Source: Octopus vulgaris
Lineage: Eukaryota
Length of the DNA: 64,000 bases
Assembly (NCBI GenBank): GCA_951406725.2
Contig: OX597823.1
Coordinates: forward strand, 90,644,001-90,708,000
Direction of reading: 5' to 3'
The position numbers were made by a program, and so were the translations under genes. How positions within the stretch are numbered: position 1 is the stretch's first letter; every line of letters begins with the position of its first letter. Shown here piece by piece: positions 27,174-37,775 of the stretch. The notes below the pieces were generated by a model, which worked only from the letters and a program-made list of their open reading frames with translations, was not told where the DNA came from and made no database searches.

Positions 27174-27405
27174 TCTGGGTCTGCTGAAGTGGGGTGGTGG
27201 ACAAAGCTACACTTCTTTGAAATTTTAACCTTGTTTCAGTCACTGGACTGTGGCCATGCTGCGGCACCACCTTGAAGGGTTTGGAGTTTAGTTCTGGGTC
27301 TGTTGAAGTAGGGTGGTGGACAAAGCTACACTTCTTTGAATTTTCATCTTTGTTTCAGTCACTGGACTGGGGCCATACTAGGACCCCCACCTTGTAGAGT
27401 TTAGA
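27174..27405. repeat. Tandem duplication, ~119-bp unit, containing an antisense SINE A terminus
   Basis: TCTGGGTCTG(C/T)TGAAGT(G/A)GGGTGGTGGACAAAGCTACAC at 27174 and 27293. Confidence 0.8.
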
Positions 27406-28805
27406 CCAGTGGTTCTCAACCGTTTTTTTCCTATATCACCCTTTGATTCCTCTTTCACCTGAGTGGAGCCCTAAAGCCCTTAAACATTAAAAAAAAACCT
27501 ATTGTTATCTTATTCTGATATTAGTTTCAGTCATTCGACTGTGGCCATGCTGGAGCACCGCCTTTAGTCGAGCAAATCAACCCCAGGACTTATTCTTTGT
27601 AAGCCCATGGGTTGGACGTTTTGACTTGACTAGCACACTGGAAGGCTGCACCAGACTCCAGTCTGATTTGGCATGGTTTTCTACAGCTGGATGCCCTTCC
27701 TAATGCCAACCCTTCGGAGAGTGTAATGCATGCTTTACATCATTTGTGTCTTCTCTCTGGACAGTACCATCTCAGTTCTGTTTTGTCAATTTGTGGAGAA
27801 AATTTCAAAGAGGATTTGGAAGACAATGGTTAAGTTAATATTAGTGCAATTAACACTCCTGGTGTATTTTGTTGTATGCTTGACAACTTCACCAATACTT
27901 AAGAAGAAGGAGCACCTAGTAGACACGGTAAAATGGTTGGCGTTATGAAGGGCATCAAGCTGTAGAAACCATACCAAACCAGACAGGACATGTGATGAAG
28001 CACTGTAACTGTCATACTGTTCTAGTCATGCCAGCGTGTAAAATGGTCATTAAAATGACATTAAAATGGAAGCAGGTGAGAGTGGGTGACTGGAAGAGTA
28101 TCCAGCCAGAGCAAATTTGCTTCAACATTTTCCATCAAACTGTGTAAGGAAAAACAACAACAACAATTTAATTACGGAAAATATTGCTTATTTTGCAAAA
28201 TTCCAGCCAAAATCTTGATTATTTTCAAAATTAATTGAAACACACAGGGGATATATTTCATTAAAAATAATAGTCATAAAGAGGGTTAATGCATAAATTA
28301 TGAAATAATGAACAAGAGATGAATATTTGGTGAGAGAAAAATAAATAAATAAAAGGTGAAAAAATAAATGAAAAATAAAGTAATCAATGATTAATACAAT
28401 TTTTTTTTTTTTTTCTGGGAAGAAGAGGAGAGAAGTTTTGATAAATAATTCCAAAGTAATTATTTTTGTTTCCTTTGGTTATGAAAAATGGTGAGAATAT
28501 TTGGCAGCCATGTTGATTGGTACCCTAGTACCATTTATGGTATCTTTGGAAAAATCAAATTACTTCAGTAAAAAATATATGAAAAAAAAAGGGGGAATAT
28601 TTCTAGAAATACAAAGGACAGACCTGGACTGGTGGTACGTATACATATATGTGTGTGTATATTTGAAAGACTAATTACAAATTAGAAGCCGTTCTCAAAG
28701 GACTCGAGGCAGGGTTATGCATGTGGATATGTATATATAAACATACATGCAGAAAGAGAGAGTTATGATAGATGTAAATGATTTATACGTATATATACCT
28801 ACTTA

Positions 28806-29200
28806 GGCATAGGAGTGGCTGTGTGGTAAGAAGCTTGCTTACCAATCACATGGTTCCAGGTTCAGTCCCACTGCATGGCACCTTGGGCAAGTGTCTTCTA
28901 CTATAGCTTCAGGCCAACCAGAATCTTGTGAGTGGATTTGGTAGATGGAAACTGAAAGAAGCCTGTCATACATATGTATATATATATACATGTGTGTGTG
29001 TATATGTTTGTGTGTCTGTAATTGTCCCCCCCAACATCGTTTGACAATCGATGCTGGTGTGTTTACGTCCCTGTAACTTAGCAGTTCGGCGAAAGATACC
29101 AATAGAATAAATATAAGGCTTACAAAGAATAAGTCCTGGGGTTGATTTGCTAGACTAAAGGTGGTGCTCTAGCATGGCCACAGTCAAATGACTGAAAAGA
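28806..29200 (+). mobile_element. SINE family A, full length
   Basis: A-box GTGGCTGTGTGGT, B-box GGTTCAGTCCC, CORE-like CCTTGGGCAAGT, internal (TA/TG)n, conserved 3' half. Confidence 0.85.
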
Positions 29201-29297
29201 GTATACATGTATACATATATAAATTACACACACACAAAATATATATAATAGATTTACATTATATACACACACACATTCATGTATGTGTATATGTGTA

Positions 29298-29349
<52 letters not shown>

Positions 29350-29817
29350 CTTATGCCAAATTACCATTCCATCGATGAATAAGGTCAAGAGCTTAGATTC
29401 TAGGAGAGATTATTCCACAGGATATTCCATAATCTCCACAGAAAGAGGTTTCAAGAAATGATAGATGCTACCAACTGGTATTGGCAGTGCCTCTCATGTC
29501 ACAAATAGCTTCTCCGAGATATCCCAGACACAAAGTTTTCAGCTAATATCATACAATCAGATACACACAGAAAAATAATCAGGGGTTTCTTTTTGGCATA
29601 TTTTCTTTTAGTTTTGGTTCCTAGCAATTGAGGTAAGCCTGACTGTTATTATTAATAATACTGAAATCTTAATAACAGCCAATGGGATTTGCGATATATA
29701 TATATATATAAGAAATGTGCTGTACTTATCTGTGTATAAGAGATAAAGTTTCTTCATGCAACGGCTGTTAGTTTTTGGCCTGTATCAGTTTCACTAACAT
29801 TTATTTTATAAAGAGAG

Positions 29818-30220
29818 TGAAGTGGTGTGTGGCTTAGTGGTTAGGGACATTTGGCTCACAATTCTAAGGACATGAGTTTGATTCCTGGCAGCACTTTTTG
29901 TCCTTTGGGCAAGACACTTTATTTCACATTGCTCCAGTTGCACTCAGCTAGCAAAAATGAGTTGTACCTGTAATTACAAAGGGTCCAGCCTTGTCACATT
30001 GTGTGTGTCACACTGAATCTACCTAAGAACTACGTTAAGGGTACACGTGTCTGTGGAGTACTCAGCCACTTGCACATTAATTTCATGAGCAGGCTGTTCC
30101 ATTGATCGGATCAACTGGAAACCGATGGGGTGACCACTTGTTGTCATAACCGACAGGGTGACCACTTGTTGTCGTAACCGATAGGGTGACCACTTGTCAT
30201 AACCGATGGGGTGGCCACTT
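29818..30220 (+). mobile_element. SINE family C (uninterrupted) ending in ~4 x 28-bp tandem repeat
   Basis: GTGGCTTAGTGGTTAG and GAGTTTGATTCC boxes; ACCGATGGGGTGACCACTTGTTGTCATA units from 30121. Confidence 0.75.
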
Positions 30221-30223
30221 TGA

Positions 30224-31000
30224 GTGGAGGCACATGACTTAGTAGTTTGAGAATTGAACTCACAAATGCAAGATTGTGACCTCGACACCCAACAGTGCAT
30301 TGTATCCTCAAGTAACACATTTTATTTTACAATGCTCCAGTCTACTCAACTGACAAAAAAGAGCTGTACCAGTAATTCCAAGGGGCCAGCCTTGTCATAT
30401 TATGAATCCTTCTGAGAATTACATTAACCCCTTCATTACCAACCTGGCTGAAACCACCCCTGACTCTGTAGTACAAATGTCTTGTTTTCATAAGTTTTCA
30501 ATTAAAACCTTCCAACAAACTTTAGTCACAATTTATGTGCCTAACACTAGCTGAATGATAACTAAGTTATTTTACAAAATTCTTTGTTATATTCAAAGTA
30601 ATTGAAAGAAACACAGAGCATCTCAACAGAAATATGGTAACAAAAGGGTTAAAGTCACCATGATATTTTTAACCCTTTCTATATCAAACTGGCTGAAACC
30701 ATCTCTGGCTCTGTAGTATAAATGTCTTGTTTTCAAAAATTCTGAATTCAAATTTTCCACCAAACTTTAGTCACAATTTATGTTCCTAAAATTATCTGAA
30801 TGATAACTAAGTCATTTTACTAAATTCTTTGTTATATCTAAAATAATTAAGAGCATCTCAACAGAAATACAGTAGCAAATGGGGTTAAGGGCATGCATGT
30901 CTGTGGAGTGCTCAGCCACTTGCTCGTTAATGTCATAAGCAGGTTGTTCTCCTGGACGGATAAACTGGAACACTCATTGTAATAACTGATAGAGTACCAT
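30224..31000 (+). mobile_element. SINE family C, interrupted by a MITE dimer
   Basis: 30224-30423 and 30889-31000 are colinear with 29818-30150. Confidence 0.7.
30424..30888 (-). mobile_element. piggyBac-like MITE dimer, reverse orientation
   Basis: TTAA at 30424, 30649, 30669 and 30885; reverse complement of 4273-4746 including the spacer. Confidence 0.8.
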
Positions 31001-31226
31001 TTTCATTTTATTAAAGAGATCTTCTTGTGGTGCGTGCAGACAGAGAGACTAGTATTAATCATATACCAACACTCTATTTATCTATCTGCCTATCTATATA
31101 TCTATCTATGAGCTTCCATATAGTGATATGCATATCTAACTATTGGCCTATATTACTAATAATCTTCCTATCCAGTTGCTATCTATCTATTTGTCTACCT
31201 ACCTACCTACCTACCTACCTACCTAC

Positions 31227-31279
<53 letters not shown>

Positions 31280-31739
31280 CTTTTATCTTATCTCTCTGTA
31301 TATATCTATATATTGGTCCATTTATTTATTTATCTATTTATCAACTATGTATATCTGTTAATCAATTTATCTATCTCTGCATATTGGCCTACATATCTGT
31401 TTATCAACTTATCTAAATTTATGTCTGCCTGTATATGTGTTAACCTACCTTTAAAAGTATGTACATTAGCACCTATATATATATACATATATATACATAC
31501 TTATTGATATCAAAATAAATATCTGTTTCTATTTATATTTATCAACTTATCTTTTATCAATATACATATATGTCTTTTAATCATCCCTATCTCCTCATCA
31601 ATTTAGATCTACATATATATGTATCTATCAACCTATATATCTATCGATTTGCTTATATATCTTCTAATCAATTTATTTGTATTTTTACATATCTATCTCC
31701 CTGCCTATCAACAACATGTGCACATGTATACTCATATAT

Positions 31740-31743
31740 ATAT

Positions 31744-31790
<47 letters not shown>

Positions 31791-31795
31791 GTATA

Positions 31796-31837
<42 letters not shown>

Positions 31838-31842
31838 GTATA

Positions 31843-31886
<44 letters not shown>

Positions 31887-31950
31887 GTATAATTTATATA
31901 TATATATATATTATATATATATGATATATATATATATATGTATATGTATA

Positions 31951-32010
<60 letters not shown>

Positions 32011-32558
32011 GTATAATTTATATATATATGATATATATATATATATATGTATATGTATAATTTATATATATATGATATATATATATATATGTATAATTTA
32101 TATATATATATGATATATATATATATATATATGTATATGTATAATTTATATATATATATATGATATATATATATATATATGTATATGTATAATTTATATA
32201 TATATGATATATATATATATATATGTATATGTATAATTTATATATATATGTATATGTATAATTTATATATATATGATATATATATATATATATATGTATA
32301 TGTATAATTTATATATATATGTATATGTATAATTTATATATATATGATATATATATATATATATATGTATATGTATAATTTATATATATATGATATATAT
32401 ATATATATGTATATGTATAATTTATATATATATGATATATATATATATATATGTATATGTATAATTTATATATATATGATATATATATATATATATATGT
32501 ATATGTATAATTTATATATATATGATATATATATATATATATATGTATATGTATAATT

Positions 32559-32589
<31 letters not shown>

Positions 32590-32788
32590 ATGTATAATTT
32601 ATATATATATATATATATATATGATATATATATATATGTATATGTATAATTTATATATATATATATATGATATATATATATATATATGTATATGTATAAT
32701 TTATATATATATATATGATATATATATATATATATGTATATGTATAATTTATATATATATATGATATATATATATATGTATATGTATA

Positions 32789-32842
<54 letters not shown>

Positions 32843-32847
32843 GTATA

Positions 32848-32891
<44 letters not shown>

Positions 32892-33052
32892 GTATAATTT
32901 ATATATATATATATGTATAATTTATATATATATATATGTATAATTTATATATATATATATGTATAATTTATATATATATATATATATATAATTTATATAC
33001 ATATATATGTATATCTATAAACATATATATAATATAAATAAATATATTTATA

Positions 33053-33085
<33 letters not shown>

Positions 33086-33090
33086 AATAT
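31740..33090. repeat. Higher-order (TA)n satellite punctuated by GTATATGTATAATTT and GA
   Basis: Directly visible; recurring module with variable TA count. Confidence 0.9.
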
Positions 33091-34167
33091 ACACACACAA
33101 ACTTATATTCATATATGTGCATGAGTGTGCATCTGTCTGTCTGTCTATCTATCTATCTATATATATATATATATATATATATATCAACTTACATGAATGT
33201 ATATCTGCCTACGTGTATCTCTTTATCGTCTATACCTATCTGTTGTTCTCTCTATCAATTTATCAAACAATCTCTCTCAATTTTCCAGCATTTAATTAAT
33301 TGTTTCTTGAGCAGACATAACATGCAAGACAAGGAAACCTGGCAGAGGCCAGGTGAAAGACAAACACAACGGAGGTGCAGAGCGTTGTAGATGTTATTCG
33401 GGAGATAGGGTGGTTGTGGCAGAGATATTTTAGTAACCTTATTTCTAGAAATTGTCTGGAATATTGCCATAAATCTTGAAGAAATCCAACAAACACAAAT
33501 ATATATGAAAAAATAAAAATAGCGATGGGAAAACATAAAAATATCTCAAAAGTCTTGATAAAAGATATCCAACAAAAAAAAAACATATATATATATATAT
33601 TCTTTTATACATTTTAACCCAAAGGTTGTTGCTATGCTAGGGGCACCACAAGTGAAATATAGTGTTCGCATGACAGGAATCAAACCTGAGATGCCTGAAT
33701 GATAGCCAGGAATCCATATATATATCTGTTTTCGGAAGAGTGAATCTTGAAGCAGATAGAGCTGTAAGTAATACTATGTAAATATTGAATGAAAATGTTG
33801 TCTTCAACTTTTTCTATCCAAATAGTTTTTAATGCAGTATTTATAATGCTATTATTTATAGCTTTATCTGCTTCAAGATTCACCATCCCCTGTCCAACCC
33901 ATGCCAGCATGGAAAGTGGACATATGACAAGTGACTTAAGAAATACACTTTTGAGTTATTTCAGGAAATAAGACATACATACAAATATTATAATTTGATT
34001 TTTATCAAATTTTTTCGTTCCTTATGAAATAAGTACTAATTTTCTGAAGAAATGATATATCTGTTACATTAAACTAAAATTAAATTTTCATTTATATAAA
34101 TTATGTTATATGTAAACAAAACAAGTTTGTTTTTGAAACATTGAAATATATTGTAGGATGATTAAAA

Positions 34168-34582
34168 AGTATATTTTCCAATGCATAAATACTGATAAAA
34201 CTCCATATATAGGATAAAATCCTTACAGAGCAGAAAAGTTTGTCAGCAACCAGCTATGAGGATCAAACTCACACCCCTCTAATATCTGGTCAGAGTGATC
34301 TACTTTTAAGCTAAACTGCCGACCAACAAATTCTTCTGAAATTTTAGAAGTTATAAAGTCATCCAGAAACACTAGATGTCATATAGATTACATTTGTTTC
34401 TGAAGCGTTGAACTGTATTGTAGTACAAGTAGAAAGATATATTTTTCCAACGCATAAGTACTGAAGGAACAGCATATATAGGATAAAATATGGCTGGTTT
34501 TTCTGCTCTGTAAGGATTTTATCCTATATATGCTGTTGTATCAGTATTTAGGCATTGAAAGATATATCTTTCTACTTGTACT
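34168..34582. mobile_element. Fold-back element with minus-strand tRNA-like segment
   Basis: 34421-34582 is an imperfect palindrome; 34168-34238 repeats its arm; 34245-34325 (-) has TAGCTTAAAAG and GAGTTTGATCC box-like motifs. Confidence 0.55.
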
Positions 34583-34798
34583 ATTTCATTTATAGATTTG
34601 CAATGAATATATGTTGTTTTTCTTTCTAAATTTTATCAGCAAAATCACATTCTAATCCATCCAAAAAATGATCCAACTCTGCGACACTTCCTTCACCTCT
34701 TATGTTAACACTCTCTCTGTCACTCTTTCATTGTCTGTCCCCACTTTATGATGGAGAGCACGACTGGAGAACCAACCAAACAACATTTATATTAACTA

Positions 34799-35064
34799 CA
34801 GTGGAACCTCAGTTTATAAATTTAATTCACTTTTGAAAGCCATTCATCACTCGAAATATTTGTAAACCAACGCAATTTTCCTATAGCAAATTCAAGAGAA
34901 AGCACGACCTCGAGCGGGGATGTGTCCTGAGCGACAGCTAGACAACAGCAGACACTTTCCTGCTGATAATCTCAGCTTGTCTCCAATCATAGTTGCCTGC
35001 TTGAATGTTCATCACCGGAGATGTTTTATGTTCAAAAAATTGTTTGTGAAACAAGGTCCCACTC
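34799..35064. mobile_element. Tigger/pogo-like MITE (second decayed copy at 35503-35750)
   Basis: TA + CAGTGGAACCTC...AAGGTCCCACT imperfect TIRs; the two copies are colinear. Confidence 0.6.
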
Positions 35065-35094
35065 TGTGTGTGTGTGTGTGTGTATATGTGTGTG

Positions 35095-35495
35095 TGTGGT
35101 AGGTAGCTTGCTTACCCACATGGTTCTTGGTTCAGTCCCACTGCGTGGCACTTTGGGCAAGTGTCTTCTACTATATCCTCGGGCTGACCAAAGCCTTGTG
35201 AGTGGATTTGGTAGACGGAAACTGAAAGAAGCCTGTCATATATATGTATATATATATGTATATATATATGTATATATGTGTGGGTGTGCATGTTTGTGTG
35301 TCTGTGTTTGTCCCCCTAGCATTGCTTGACAACCGATGCTGCTGTGTTTATGTCCCTGTTACTTAGCGGTTCGGCAAAAGAGACCAATAGAATAAGTACT
35401 AGGCTTACAAAGAATAAGTCCTGGGGTCGATTTGCTTGACTAAAGGCGGTGCTCCAGCATGGCAACAGTCAAATGATTGAAACAAGTAAAAGAGT
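35095..35495 (+). mobile_element. SINE family A, near full length
   Basis: Colinear with 28806-29200 and 50053-50460. Confidence 0.85.
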
Positions 35496-36780
35496 ATATA
35501 TATAGTGGGACCTCAATTTATGAATTTATATGTTCCTGAAGGCTGTTCATCACTCAAAATGTTTGTAAGCCATGCAAATTTCATGCAAAACTCAAGAAAA
35601 GGCACAACATTTTTGAGTAGGGATATGCACCAAGGGACATTTTCCTTCTGATATTCTCCTCAGTTTGCTGCCAACCATTGTTGCTGGTTCACATGTTTGT
35701 TACTTAAGATATTTTATGTTTGAAAAATTGTTCCTAAACCAGTTTCTTTGTGATGTGAGGGATTTTCCGCTATTACGAAACAGTGATAAAAATTTCCGGA
35801 AATCCTTTAATGTAAGGGTTTACAAGGAATAATATAACCTGTTATCCCTCCTTGCAGCCCCAGAATGTAATCCTTGTCCCCCACTTAATGAATCTTTGGA
35901 TAAGGATTACCAACAGAGTCTGAGTGGACCTTGCCTATATTTCAGGTATTTTTAGAAATATGGAAGAATTTTGTTAAACAATTGTTCTATGATTGAGATA
36001 ATGTGGTTTGTTGGAATTCCAAGAATCGCTTTTAATTTTCAAAAACCAAATGAAATACATTCTTGATAACCAATGAAGTCTATAGAAGCCTGATTTATAT
36101 CTGGATTGTTTTGATTCTGAGAAAGAGTGAGAGAGATCTATATTTTGGGAAAATATTCTTTGACCAAAGTAATTTGACCAAGACATTCATGGCAAAGAGA
36201 AATTCTATTTCGAAAATTAGTTTTAACTTGAAAGAGTCAAATGATAATTTGACATTTACCAGATGTCATTAAATTTAGCAGCAATATTATAAATAAATAA
36301 ATAAATAAATAAAAAAAACAGGTGAAAACATTGTTTAAATAAAGAAAGAAACGTGTTGTTAAAATCAACGGTAGTATTTCCGATAACGAAACGAAATACA
36401 GGAAAAAATATCTTGATAATAAAATGTCAATAATGCCCAGAGAGCAACACCTTATAATATCGTTTATCAAGTTTTTATTTCATTATATATTCAATAATAA
36501 TATTTCAGTATATTTTTACAATTTACCATTTTGTTCAAAATGGAATCTTCAGTCAAAGAAGGTAGACTTAATTTAAATACAAACTATATTCTACAATAAA
36601 TACTGATTCATATGACAAATATATGATGACAGGTAAAATATATAACACACATTAAATGCTAATAAGGAATTTTAGATAAATCTGTAAGGATTCATCAAAT
36701 TGTGAATATGATATTAGCACCAAAGTGAATTTTATTTATTGCTAATTTCCACAATACATGAAATTTTACATGTATTTATT

Positions 36781-37203
36781 TATATTACGTTCTTCTCGAA
36801 CACCGAAGTTCCTAGATGTTCAGTAATTTCTGTTGCAGAAAATTCCCTACGTATTAACTTAAAACCTGTTGTTCCTTCGTCGTTATTCCTTTCCCCAAAG
36901 ATACCCTAAATTCCCTACGAAATTTTTTCTCTCTCTCTTATTTATATTACGTTCTTCTCGAACCCCAAAGTTCCTAGATGTTCAGTAATTTCTGTTGCAG
37001 AAAATTCCCTACGTATTAACTTAAAACCTGTTGTTCCTTCGTCGTTATTCCTTTCCCCAAAGATACCCTAAATTCCCTACGAAATTTTTTCTCTCTCTCT
37101 AATTTATATTACGTTCTTCTCGAACCCCGAAGTTCCTAGATGTTCAGTAATTTCTGTTGCAGAAAATTCCCTACGTATTAACTTAAAACCTGTTGTTCCT
37201 TCG
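36781..37203. repeat. 162-bp tandem repeat, ~2.6 near-identical copies
   Basis: TATATTACGTTCTTCTCGAAC starts at 36781, 36943 and 37105. Confidence 0.95.
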
Positions 37204-37358
37204 AGGTGACCCCGCCCTCCCTCCCACCCATCCACCAGAACCGGAAGTTTCTGTTTTCTATCTTTCTTGACCCCCCCCGCACCCCTATGTAGGGTTTATT
37301 GTGATCATATAGCTCAAAAACTGTGAAATTTATGCAGGTTGTAGTCTAGAGTCTCAGT

Positions 37359-37775
37359 ATGATATCTGGCAAATGCAAGCTTTCTTTTCAGGTACATAAC
37401 ACTGCTGTCCCTCATCCCAGGGTCTCAGAGGCCCACACCTCCCACACCCTCAGGGTGGGCACCCTCAACGTTGGCACATTGAAAGGTAGGTCTGGCGAGA
37501 TAGTCGAGATGCTTGAACGGAGACGTGTTGATGTATGTTGTATGCAAGAAATAAGGTGGAGAGGAGGATCTGCTAGGGTCCTCACAGGCAAGGAACACAG
37601 GTACAAGATTTTCTGGGCAGGGAACACTGACGGGGTTGGTGGCGTGGGTATACTTATCGCTGAGAAATGGATAGATAGAGTAATTGAGGTAATCAGAGTA
37701 AGTGACAGAATACTTAAGATTAGAATAGTGCTTCATAATAGATTAGCAACCATTATATCGGCCTATGCCCCTTAA
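37359..37775 (+). CDS. N-terminal half of the LINE APE endonuclease (frameshifted)
   Basis: LRVGTLNVGTL, CCMQEIRW, GVGILI and ISAYAP motifs. Confidence 0.85.
   Translation: MISGKCKLSFQVHNTAVPHPRVSEAHTSHTLRVGTLNVGTLKGRSGEIVEMLERRRVDVCCMQEIRWRGGSARVLTGKEHRYKIFWAGNTDGVGGVGILIAEKWIDRVIEVIRVSDRILKIRIVLHNRLATIISAYAP

Noticed and set aside
36781-37203. CRISPR-like array (also 30121-30220, 40556-40990, 43190-43570)
   Set aside because: Head-to-tail tandem repeats without unique spacers, no cas genes, eukaryotic context
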